A stretch of DNA of 64,000 nucleotides from an uncultured Gammaproteobacteria bacterium (GTDB lineage Bacteria; Pseudomonadota; Gammaproteobacteria; GCA-001735895). A program made the translations under genes and the position numbers. Where the stretch lies: contig CAMYON010000013.1 in the NCBI GenBank assembly GCA_947260025.1, forward strand, positions 20,806 to 84,805, read 5' to 3'. Position 1 is the first letter of the stretch; the number at the start of each line of letters is the position of its first letter. The notes below the pieces were generated by a model. That model ran no database searches. It was not told the DNA's origin and saw only the letters and a program-made list of their open reading frames with translations. Of this stretch, positions 52,297 through 64,000 are shown piece by piece.

Positions 52297-53615
52297 TCCA
52301 TGGGGACGTACACGACCCGGTTGCGGCCTCCGTCTTTAGCCGCATAAACGCCTTTGTCCCCGGCGTGGAACATGTCTTCGAAATCTCCTTTGGAGCCGAC
52401 TTCCAACGTGGTGACGCCGATACTCGTCGTTACATCGAGTCCGTTTGGCTTGAGATCTTCGAGCGCCTGGCGCACAGATTCGGCCTTTTGACGGGCACCT
52501 TCGGCATCACAGTGAGTCATTAGCACGACGAACTCTTCGCCACCATAACGCACCACCAGGTCACCTTCGCGAAAACTTTGGCTCAACATCGCTCCGGTTA
52601 ACTGCAGTACCACGTCGCCAACGGCATGACCATGATTATCATTGATGGCTTTGAAATGATCGAGATCGATAACCAGCATACTGACTGGATACTCGTGGCG
52701 TTTGGCCGTTGCAATAAATTTTCCGGAAAACTCAATCAGGCTGTGGCGGTTGTGGCAGCCGGTCAGCTTGTCGACAGTAGCCAGGGCGAACAGTTCGCGC
52801 CGGATATCATGTACCTTGTCGAGCAGGCGCTTGTTGGTTATCAGGTTACCGATGCGCACCAGTAGTTCCTGATGCAGGATAGGTTTCGTCAGGAAATCGT
52901 TGACGCCAAGCTGGTAAAGCGCGATGCGCCGATGATCGTTGTTGTCGCCAGTAACGGCAATAATCGGGATAAATCCGCGGCCATCCTCGTATGAGCGGAT
53001 GCAGGTAACCAGGTCTTCACCTTCCAGCTCACCATCGAGATCGAGCCCGGTAATTGCGAGGTCATAAGCGTCGGTATGCGAACCGTAAACGGTTACCGAA
53101 TCAAACTCCTTACAGGCATCTTCGACCGTGGTAAAATGTGACACCTGGTAGCCGGTTTGCTTTAAATCGCTCAAAATCTCCGCCGCTACCTCCGCATCGT
53201 CCTCGACGAACAGGATGCGCCCCTCGTAAAATATCGGGTCCAGGTGCAGGTCGACAAAATGGACGATCTGGTCTTCGATCTGGTGCTCGTTCAGCTCGTG
53301 AATCACGCTGTCGACCCTGACCTCGAGGTCTTCCACCTTAAGTTCCTTGTCTTCGGTCAGGAACAGGATCGGCGTTTCCTGATGGCGTTGATGCTGGTTG
53401 CAATAGGCGACGAATTCCTCGCCGCTGCCGTCCTTCAGCGCCTGGTTAACACATATAATGTCATAGGGCTCGGAATCGACGCAGGTTCGAGCAGTCTCGA
53501 TACTGTCACCGCTGTCGGTGGTAAAGCCCTGCTCGGCCAGGGTATGCTCCAACAGGTCGCGATAAGCCTGGTTGTTTTCGATTACTAGTGCGCGCATGAT
53601 CGTAATTAATGACAA
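52293..53615 (-). CDS. Response regulator with degenerate REC, canonical REC and GGDEF diguanylate cyclase (PleD-like)
   Basis: 440 aa; REC1 lacks the acidic pocket and phospho-Asp (LVIENN...DIICVNQ); REC2 is canonical (EDD, D, T, K); GGEEF active site. Confidence 0.85.
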   Translation of the reverse strand: MSLITIMRALVIENNQAYRDLLEHTLAEQGFTTDSGDSIETARTCVDSEPYDIICVNQALKDGSGEEFVAYCNQHQRHQETPILFLTEDKELKVEDLEVRVDSVIHELNEHQIEDQIVHFVDLHLDPIFYEGRILFVEDDAEVAAEILSDLKQTGYQVSHFTTVEDACKEFDSVTVYGSHTDAYDLAITGLDLDGELEGEDLVTCIRSYEDGRGFIPIIAVTGDNNDHRRIALYQLGVNDFLTKPILHQELLVRIGNLITNKRLLDKVHDIRRELFALATVDKLTGCHNRHSLIEFSGKFIATAKRHEYPVSMLVIDLDHFKAINDNHGHAVGDVVLQLTGAMLSQSFREGDLVVRYGGEEFVVLMTHCDAEGARQKAESVRQALEDLKPNGLDVTTSIGVTTLEVGSKGDFEDMFHAGDKGVYAAKDGGRNRVVYVPMD

Positions 53616-53652
53616 GCCTTAATTGTTTTTAGCTATCGGCGATAATTTCTAA

Positions 53653-57555
<3,903 letters not shown>

Positions 57556-57573
57556 CAGCATTACAATGCACCG

Positions 57574-57870
57574 ATGAAGATTCTGCTGGCAATACTGATC
57601 CTGATTCTCTTCGTTTTGCAATACAAGTTATGGTTTGGAGACGGCAGTCTGTCGGAAGTGGTGCAATTGTCGCGTGAGCTCGAGATCCAGAAGAGCAAGT
57701 TACGCGACCTCGAGGCGCGCAACAAGATTCTCGAGGCCCAGGTGCTTGATCTGCAAAACGGCCTCGACGCGTTCGAGGAAAAGGCGCGTAACGACCTCGG
57801 AATGATCAAGCGGGGAGAAACCTTCATCCAGTTGATCCCGCAAGAGGCTGATGGCGGTAATGCACAATAG
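57574..57870 (+). CDS. ftsB: Cell division protein FtsB
   Basis: 98 aa; N-terminal TM plus coiled coil. Confidence 0.85.
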   Translation: MKILLAILILILFVLQYKLWFGDGSLSEVVQLSRELEIQKSKLRDLEARNKILEAQVLDLQNGLDAFEEKARNDLGMIKRGETFIQLIPQEADGGNAQ

Positions 57871-58567
57871 CGTTCCGGTCTGGGCCGTAATACCGGCTGC
57901 CGGCAGTGGCAGTCGCATGCTCAGTGACACGCCCAAGCAGTACCTTTCGTTCCAGGGAAAAACCGTTATCGAGCACAGCCTCGACCGGCTGCTGTCGCAT
58001 CCAGAAATAGATGGCGCAGTCGTCGTGCTGCAGGAGCATGATCCTTTATGGGAACAACTCTCGTATGAATCCAGCAAGCCGCTTTTCACCAGTGCAGGCG
58101 GACGTGAGCGTCACCTTTCGGTTTATAGCGGTTTAACCACGCTGCAGTACCGATTCGGTAATGACGCTATTGCCCTGGTGCATGACGCGGTGCGGCCGCT
58201 GGTGTCACATCAGGATCTAACCAGGGTAATCCACGCCGCCCGGAAGCATCCGGCAGGGGCCTTGCTGGCGGCACCGGTGGCGGATACGCTGAAACTGGAT
58301 AATTACAACATGGAGGTGGCAAACACGTTGCCGAGAGAACGCCTGTGGCGCGCGTTGACACCGCAGGTGTTCCACCTGCAGCCCTTGCTCAATGCCCTCA
58401 AACAGGTGATCGAGCAAAATCTGGAGGTAACCGACGACGCGCAGGCGCTGGAGCTTGCGGGTTACGCGCCGAAACTGGTGGAGGGTAGTGCCGATAACAT
58501 CAAGATCACGACGCCCGCCGATCTCAGTCTCGCTGAAATGATCTGGTTAAACCAGCGCGATCAGTAA
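57851..58567 (+). CDS. ispD: 2-C-methyl-D-erythritol 4-phosphate cytidylyltransferase
   Basis: 238 aa; VIPAAGSGSRM motif; ftsB-ispD order conserved; no ispF follows. Confidence 0.85.
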   Translation: MAVMHNSVPVWAVIPAAGSGSRMLSDTPKQYLSFQGKTVIEHSLDRLLSHPEIDGAVVVLQEHDPLWEQLSYESSKPLFTSAGGRERHLSVYSGLTTLQYRFGNDAIALVHDAVRPLVSHQDLTRVIHAARKHPAGALLAAPVADTLKLDNYNMEVANTLPRERLWRALTPQVFHLQPLLNALKQVIEQNLEVTDDAQALELAGYAPKLVEGSADNIKITTPADLSLAEMIWLNQRDQ

Positions 58568-58728
58568 GATGATAAACAGTACCACGGCGGCCATCGGCAG
58601 GATAAATCCCATCCACTCCTTCATAGTTCCTTTGGGAGAATTTTCGATGGTCTGCTTGGCGCGAGGAAACAGATAAATCAGCATCGCTCCCATCAAAACC
58701 GCGGAACCAATTTTAATCCAATCCATAA
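58547..58728 (-). CDS. Candidate small two-helix membrane protein (59 aa), antisense overlap with the ispD 3' end
   Basis: Below the ORF-track cutoff, found by manual translation (MDWIKIGSAVLMGAMLIYLFPRAKQTIENSPKGTMKEWMGFILPMAAVVLFIILLIALV); two hydrophobic helices; weak GAG RBS. Confidence 0.3.
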
Positions 58729-58748
58729 ATATCTCGTTTGCGCTGTCT

Positions 58749-58778
58749 AAAAAATAAGCCCCGCGAACGGGGCTTATC
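58749..58778 (-). terminator. Rho-independent terminator downstream of the BI-1/YccA gene (minus strand)
   Basis: 10-bp perfect stem ataagccccg/cggggcttat with 4-nt loop, followed on the minus strand by TTTTTT. Confidence 0.6.
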
Positions 58779-58803
58779 CAGCTTAGTCACCAACCGTTCT
58801 GGT

Positions 58804-59484
58804 TTAATCGTTGCTGAAAGCACCGAGAAGGTGCAGCAACGCCTGGAACATGTTCAGGATCGACAGAAACAGGCCAGCGGTCGCCATGATGTAGTTGGTT
58901 TGACCACCATGGATCAAGGTCGAGGTTTCCCACAGGATGAATGCGCTCATGATCATCACGATAGCGGCGTTGACGGCCAGGAACAGGGCAGGGATACCCA
59001 GGAAGATGTTTAAAATCGCGGCCCCGAGCACGACCAGCATTCCCACCATGACGAAACCACCGAGGAAGCTGAAGTCCTTGCGCGTGGTCAGCGCGTACCC
59101 TGACAACCCGAGGAAGATAACACCGGTACCGCCGAGGGCTGACATCACGATGCTCGGATTCACCGACAGGTAGTAACTTAGCACGGGGCCGAGGCCAAAT
59201 CCCAGCAAGCCAGTGAAGGCAAAGATAACCGGAATGCCGGCGCCGGTATTGGCGGTTTTAGGTAATACGAACCAGAGTATTACGATCGCGGCAATGGTGG
59301 CAATCAGTGCAGTGCCTTGCCCGATTCCGGAAACAACGGCCAGGAAAGCGGTAAAGCCGCTAAAAATCAGCGTCATCGACAACAAGATATAGGTATTCCT
59401 GATAACTTTGTTGGTCTGCAGAATCGCTTCTTGTGGGCGGGTTACAGCAGTATTCATTTGCATTTCGATCTCCGTCTTATACAC
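58804..59484 (-). CDS. Bax inhibitor-1/YccA-family membrane protein
   Basis: 226 aa; 7-TM BI-1 family pattern. Confidence 0.8.
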   Translation of the reverse strand: MYKTEIEMQMNTAVTRPQEAILQTNKVIRNTYILLSMTLIFSGFTAFLAVVSGIGQGTALIATIAAIVILWFVLPKTANTGAGIPVIFAFTGLLGFGLGPVLSYYLSVNPSIVMSALGGTGVIFLGLSGYALTTRKDFSFLGGFVMVGMLVVLGAAILNIFLGIPALFLAVNAAIVMIMSAFILWETSTLIHGGQTNYIMATAGLFLSILNMFQALLHLLGAFSND

Positions 59485-59638
59485 GTCAAGTTGGACAATT
59501 GCGCATCATTCTAAGTTCCTCGACAGGGGATAGCAAGCTATTCCAGACCTTTCGGAACCGACCTTCGCGGCATACTTTCTGCAACCCTAGGTGTGGTTTA
59601 AATGCTATATTTCAAGCAATAAATCCCGACATTAATTA

Positions 59639-59666
59639 ATGACTAGCGGGCGTAAATGTTTATAAT
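59639..59666 (+). promoter_or_regulatory. Putative sigma70 promoter for tRNA-Ser (ATGACT/TGACTA -35, TATAAT -10 at 59661-59666)
   Basis: Hexamers read from sequence; ~55 nt upstream of the mature tRNA 5' end. Confidence 0.4.
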
Positions 59667-59721
59667 ACGCCAGCGTTTCAGCAGGATTACAGCCTGCAAC
59701 CAACGCGCACTTAAATTATCA

Positions 59722-59809
59722 GGAGAGCTGGCAGAGTGGTCGAATGCGGCGGTCTTGAAAACCGTTGACCCGAAAGGGTCCGGGGGTTCGAATCCCTCGC
59801 TCTCCGCCA
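59722..59809 (+). tRNA. tRNA-Ser (anticodon UGA), class II with long variable arm, encoded CCA
   Basis: 88 nt; colinear with E. coli tRNA-Ser(UGA) (CGGTCTTGAAAACCG anticodon arm; GGTTCGAATCC T-loop). Confidence 0.9.
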
Positions 59810-59849
59810 TCCATGGGGGGTTCGAATCCCTCGCTCTCCGCCATCCATG
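59782..59849 (+). repeat. Perfect 2 x 34-bp tandem duplication of the tRNA-Ser 3' end (T-arm, acceptor 3' strand, CCA and 6 nt): att-like scar
   Basis: GGGGGTTCGAATCCCTCGCTCTCCGCCATCCATG at 59782-59815 and again at 59816-59849. Confidence 0.9.
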
Positions 59850-59876
59850 AAAAAGCCCCCGCCAGGGGGTTTTTTT
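59850..59876 (+). terminator. Rho-independent terminator after tRNA-Ser and its duplicated 3' end
   Basis: agccccc-gcca-gggggt hairpin followed by TTTTTTT. Confidence 0.65.
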
Positions 59877-59998
59877 ATGGGTGGTTGATACCGAGGGTGC
59901 AGAGCACCCCCGTGGTTCGACCAATTCGCCAGGGCAGGGCATTTGCATTAAACCTTCCAAGCCTGCCTAATTAAGCTTTTAACGGTAGTTACCAGGAT

Positions 59999-60826
59999 AT
60001 GCCTGAAGGACCTGAAATTCGATTGGCAGCGGACCGAATCGCACAAGCGCTGGTAGGCCGTAAAGCCAAACGCGTTAGCTTTGCTTTCGACGGGTTAAAG
60101 GAATTCGAACCGAAATTAAGCGGGCACCGCGTAGTAGATGTCAAAACCCGCGGCAAAGCCATACTGACCTGTTTCGAAAATGACTGGGTAATTTACAGCC
60201 ACAATCAACTTTACGGCCGCTGGTACGTATGCCCCGCGGGACAAATGCCACAAACCAGACGTCAGCTCAGGCTGGCAATAGAAAACCAGAAATACAGTGC
60301 CATGCTATACAGCGCTTCCGATATCGAGGTCATGCCTCGACGGCATCTGGATAAACACCCGTTTCTTGCCCGAATCGGGCCAGATCTGCTCAGTGATAAG
60401 CCAGGTGCAGATCTGATCGTGGCACGTTTGACAGCGGATGAATTCCGCAATCGACGACTCGCCGGCCTGTTACTCGACCAGAAATTTCTCGCGGGCCTCG
60501 GCAACTATTTACGTGCCGAAATATTAACCCATGCCGGGCTTCACCCGATGCGAAAGCCTGCTGACTGTAGCGAAAAACAGCTGTTAAAACTTGCGAAAAC
60601 TATTATCAGGCTTACGCATCGCTCTTACCGGACGCACGGTATCATCAATCCACCCTCACTGGTCAAGCGACTGCGGGCGGAAGGTAAGACCAACAGAGAA
60701 GACTACCGCTTCAATACCTATAACCGGGCCGGCCAACCCTGCTATTTCTGCGGCCAGCAAATCGTCTTTTCGAATGCCGGAGGTCGAAAAATGTATTTCT
60801 GTCCGTCCTGCCAGGTAACCCCCTGA
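59999..60826 (+). CDS. nei: Endonuclease VIII (Nei; Fpg/Nei family DNA glycosylase)
   Basis: 275 aa; N-terminal MPEGPEI; C-terminal zinc finger CYFCGQ...CPSCQ. Confidence 0.8.
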   Translation: MPEGPEIRLAADRIAQALVGRKAKRVSFAFDGLKEFEPKLSGHRVVDVKTRGKAILTCFENDWVIYSHNQLYGRWYVCPAGQMPQTRRQLRLAIENQKYSAMLYSASDIEVMPRRHLDKHPFLARIGPDLLSDKPGADLIVARLTADEFRNRRLAGLLLDQKFLAGLGNYLRAEILTHAGLHPMRKPADCSEKQLLKLAKTIIRLTHRSYRTHGIINPPSLVKRLRAEGKTNREDYRFNTYNRAGQPCYFCGQQIVFSNAGGRKMYFCPSCQVTP

Positions 60827-60986
60827 TATGGTTTGGTTACAATATTCGGGACTTTAGAGCACATATTCTGGTACTTTCCCCAATTTAGTTGCATATTAAA
60901 ACTTTTAGGAGCAGCCTCGTCGACGATCCACGGGGATACAGCTATTAAAAATTCTGCCCCGTGCTCTGACAAGAGAGGAGGGGCTG

Positions 60987-62516
60987 ATGACTTGTTTCAA
61001 CACGTTACGTTATTCAAGCCATATCATACTGACGATATCGGGGTTGTTGCTCACGTCCTGTGCCAGCAAGTCCGACCATCCACTGAGTGGGCCTGATGAT
61101 CCCGGGGCATCCACGTTCAAGACTTCGCTGGGTTCTTTTGGTGAACCTGATCAACGCGATAACACGACAAGACAGTCGGAAAGTTTCGAGAGCGGCGCCG
61201 GTCTGTTGGGTAAGACATTGCTGGTCGACCCCCTGGTAAGACCCTTTTCGACAGTCAAGGCGCTATATGGAGCGGCAGTCAAATCCACCGGTGGATTTCT
61301 GGAAAGAACGCTGATCGAGAGAGTCCGATTTCCATTACTCGAACGTAAAGCCATACCTGAATTGAGCACTGCCATACCGATGGAGATGGACACCTGGAAT
61401 ACCCATCTCGATGCGCTCACCTCGACCACGGCCTCCAGCGGCAGCATCCGCTTTCTCGTCGATGGAGAGGCTTATTTCAACCGTCTCGATCAGGCAATCA
61501 GACAGTCTGATGAGTCCATCGATATCCGCACTTACATTTACGATAATGATGACGTTGCCCTGCAGGTGGCCGACCTGCTGCGTGCGCGATCCGACGAGAT
61601 TGATGTCAGAATCATGGTCGATGGCCTGGCGGATCTGTTCGCCACTCGTCTCGATTCGAGCAGCATGCCTGCGACCGTCGAGTTGCCGCCATCGATTTCG
61701 GACTACCTGAGCTACAACAGCAAGATTGAATTTCGTAAGCAATCCAACCCGTGGTTTACCGGGGATCATGCCAAGATAACCATTATCGATCGAGAACTCG
61801 CTTTCCTCGGCGGTATGAATATTGGCCGTGAATATCGCCACGACTGGCACGACCTGATGATGGAGATCGAAGGTCCGGTAGTGCAGGAGCTGCAGTTTCA
61901 GTTCGACCTGTCCTGGGCCAAGGCGGGCATGCTCGGGGACCTGGGTTGGTTTCTCACCGCGCTGAAGGGATACCAGCAGGACGAGGTTGAAGGGGATTAT
62001 CCGGTTCGTATCCTGACCACTACGATTCATGATTCGGAACTTTACCGCGCACAGATCGCGGCGATCAGGCGATCCCGCAGTTACATCTATATCGAGAATG
62101 CCTATTTCTCCGATGACAAGCTGCTGTATGAGCTGGCCAAGGCGAGGCGACGGGGAGTAGACGTTCGAGTCATTCTGCCAGTAGAAGGGGATAGCGGAAT
62201 ACTGAATCTGAGCAACCAAAAGACGATAAATACGATGTTGCGGAACGGCATTCGTGTCTACAGTTATCCAGGAATGACGCATCTCAAGGCAGCGGTATAT
62301 GACGGCTGGGCTTGCCTGGGTTCGGCAAACTTCGACAAGCTCAGCCTGCAAATCAACCAGGAAATTAACCTCGCGTTTTCAGATCCGGACGCGGTGGCAC
62401 AGTTGATGGAACAGGTGTTTTACCCCGATTTTGCGAAATCGACGGAATTGCAGCAGGCCCTGCCACTGGCCGGCAGGCACCACTTTGCAGAATTGATCGC
62501 GGACGAACTCTTCTGA
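60987..62516 (+). CDS. Phospholipase D-family lipoprotein (cardiolipin synthase B-like; two HKD motifs)
   Basis: 509 aa; lipobox LLTSC; HKD motifs (DHAKITIIDRELAFLGGMN; THLKAAVYDGWACLGSANFD). Confidence 0.8.
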   Translation: MTCFNTLRYSSHIILTISGLLLTSCASKSDHPLSGPDDPGASTFKTSLGSFGEPDQRDNTTRQSESFESGAGLLGKTLLVDPLVRPFSTVKALYGAAVKSTGGFLERTLIERVRFPLLERKAIPELSTAIPMEMDTWNTHLDALTSTTASSGSIRFLVDGEAYFNRLDQAIRQSDESIDIRTYIYDNDDVALQVADLLRARSDEIDVRIMVDGLADLFATRLDSSSMPATVELPPSISDYLSYNSKIEFRKQSNPWFTGDHAKITIIDRELAFLGGMNIGREYRHDWHDLMMEIEGPVVQELQFQFDLSWAKAGMLGDLGWFLTALKGYQQDEVEGDYPVRILTTTIHDSELYRAQIAAIRRSRSYIYIENAYFSDDKLLYELAKARRRGVDVRVILPVEGDSGILNLSNQKTINTMLRNGIRVYSYPGMTHLKAAVYDGWACLGSANFDKLSLQINQEINLAFSDPDAVAQLMEQVFYPDFAKSTELQQALPLAGRHHFAELIADELF

Positions 62517-62572
62517 CTATTCGATCGGACTAGTACTATAATTTGAACGAACTGGGAGTGGAGAGTACGGAT

Positions 62573-63331
62573 ATGTCTCAAACAAGACCGTTAATTGATA
62601 CTTTGAAACAGGAGTTAAGGAAACAACGGATCACCTACAAGGAAGTTTCAGTAGCCCTCGAGCTATCCGAAACCAGCGTCAAGCGGCTATTTTCCGAAGA
62701 AGCATTTTCTATCAAACGACTCGAAAAAGTGTGCGAGCTGCTGCACCTCGATATCAGCGACCTGGTCTACCTGATGGAAAAGAACATCGAATTGACCACC
62801 GAGCTGAGCCTGGAGCAGGAACAGGAGCTGGTATCGGACGTCAAGCTTTTGCTGGTCGCGCTACTGTTGATGAACAAGCTGACATTCAGGGAAATCCTGT
62901 TGATCTACGATATTTCCGAAACCGAAGGCATTCGGTTACTGGCACGTCTCGACCGTATGAAGATCATCGAGTTGCAGCCGGGTAACCGCGTTAAGCTGAT
63001 GATTTCCCAAAATTTCCAGTGGATTCCGGGCGGCCCGATCCAGCAGTTCTTTGAAAGCAAAGTACAGCTGGAATTCCTCGATTCGTCGTTCAACGGTGCC
63101 GGCGAGTTCCGGATTTTTGTTTCAGGTATGATTTCGAAGACAGGCAACGCCGAAATCATCAAGAAAATGCAGCACCTGGCCAAGGAAATGAATGATATGA
63201 ATGTCGAGTCCGAATCCCTGCCATTGGACCAGCGCTTCGGTAGCAGCCTGATGATGGCGATACGTCCCTGGGAAATAAAAGTGTTTAAAGATTTGCGGCG
63301 GATCGAGGATAAACGTATTTTCGGCGACTAA
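62573..63331 (+). CDS. XRE-type helix-turn-helix domain protein (putative transcriptional regulator)
   Basis: N-terminal HTH (ITYKEVSVALELSETSVKRLFS); start chosen at the internal ATG; rest uncharacterised. Confidence 0.5.
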   Translation: MSQTRPLIDTLKQELRKQRITYKEVSVALELSETSVKRLFSEEAFSIKRLEKVCELLHLDISDLVYLMEKNIELTTELSLEQEQELVSDVKLLLVALLLMNKLTFREILLIYDISETEGIRLLARLDRMKIIELQPGNRVKLMISQNFQWIPGGPIQQFFESKVQLEFLDSSFNGAGEFRIFVSGMISKTGNAEIIKKMQHLAKEMNDMNVESESLPLDQRFGSSLMMAIRPWEIKVFKDLRRIEDKRIFGD

Positions 63332-63370
63332 AGCACTCTACACTTTGCCCATGGCTGGCTCTGATTTTCG

Positions 63371-64000
63371 ATGATCAATATTCTGACCTACAACATCCAC
63401 AAGGGATTCGATCGCTTCAACCGCGATTTTGTCCTGCACAAGATCAAGGACCAGCTGCACGATGCCGAGGTCGATGTCGTACTGCTGCAGGAAATCCAGG
63501 GGCGCCATTTTCATCATGAAACCGCTATTTCGAGCTGGCCGGAGGTTAGCCAGTTCGAATTCCTGGCGGACAGTATCTGGCCGCATTACGCCTATGGCAA
63601 GAACGCGATTTATCGCAAAGGTCATCACGGCAACGCCATACTCAGCAAGTACCTGATTGCCGAGTGGAATAATCTCAACCTGTCACGCTTTCAACGGGCC
63701 AGCCGCAGCATGTTACATGGCAGGATCGAATTGCCTGACGCGCAGGGTCCGCTGCATCTGCTTTGCGTACACCTCGATTTGATAGGCTTCGAGCGTAAAC
63801 GCCAGATTCGAGAATTGAGACACTATATAGAAGCCACTATCCAGAACCACGAGCCGATCATTCTCGGCGGAGATTTTAACGACTGGCATGGAGGACTTGG
63901 CAGAACCCTGGAATCGCAATTGGGAATGCAGGAAGCTTTCCGAAAGATGTACGGTAGCTACGCCAAAACCTTCCCTTCGCATCGACCAATGCTGCGTATG
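63371..64000 (+). CDS. Endonuclease/exonuclease/phosphatase (EEP) family protein, YbhP-like; 3' end outside the window
   Basis: Found by manual translation (runs off the window, absent from the ORF track): MINILTYNIHKG...VVLLQE...GGDFNDWHGG; EEP motifs. Confidence 0.6.
   Translation, partial: MINILTYNIHKGFDRFNRDFVLHKIKDQLHDAEVDVVLLQEIQGRHFHHETAISSWPEVSQFEFLADSIWPHYAYGKNAIYRKGHHGNAILSKYLIAEWNNLNLSRFQRASRSMLHGRIELPDAQGPLHLLCVHLDLIGFERKRQIRELRHYIEATIQNHEPIILGGDFNDWHGGLGRTLESQLGMQEAFRKMYGSYAKTFPSHRPMLRM

Noticed and set aside
60919-60963. cacgggg ... ccccgtg 7-bp inverted repeat with 31-nt spacer upstream of the PLD lipoprotein gene
   Set aside because: The long spacer and short arms make it weak evidence for an operator or hairpin. 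It is left as unassigned.

Overview
This window looks like it comes from a moderately GC-rich gammaproteobacterial chromosome. It is mostly housekeeping genes in a Pseudomonas/Enterobacteria-like order. These are suhB, trmJ, an isc operon (iscR-iscS-iscA-hscBA-fdx-iscX), lpxB, rnhB-dnaE, ubiG, gyrA, pheA-hisC-tyrA-aroA-cmk-rpsA-ihfB-lapB-pyrF, accA-tilS-cmoAB, pyrG-kdsA-eno-ftsB-ispD, tRNA-Ser and nei. Several accessory or unusual segments are embedded in this backbone. (1) A compact, visibly lower-GC ~5 kb cassette carries a complete DSF-type quorum-sensing module. rpfF is convergent with rpfC-rpfG, and the cassette sits between iscX and a DUF192 gene, flanked by AT-rich spacers. (2) A five-gene transporter operon on the minus strand reads dctP-dctQ-dctM-AEC-MFS. 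The TRAP large permease carries a ~360-aa C-terminal coiled-coil cytoplasmic extension and the small permease is N-terminally extended. The terminal MFS gene is truncated by a perfect 67-bp tandem duplication. (3) The isc operon has no iscU, and its IscR homolog lacks two of the three cluster-ligating cysteines. (4) gnnA-gnnB lie immediately upstream of lpxB, which predicts a GlcN3N-containing lipid A. (5) A persulfide dioxygenase-rhodanese fusion is divergent from a plant-type SABATH carboxyl methyltransferase. (6) A CpxP/Spy-like gene plus an OmpR-type two-component system sit behind a triple GTTAC direct repeat. The receiver domain of this response regulator has a 10-aa in-frame deletion that removes the conserved beta5 lysine. 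(7) tRNA-Ser(UGA) carries a 34-bp tandem duplication of its 3' end, an att-like scar, followed by a lower-GC block (nei, a PLD-family lipoprotein, an HTH protein, an EEP-family protein). No CRISPR array, transposase or integrase is visible in the window. All calls rest on manual reading of the translated ORFs and the DNA. GC statements are by eye, not computed.
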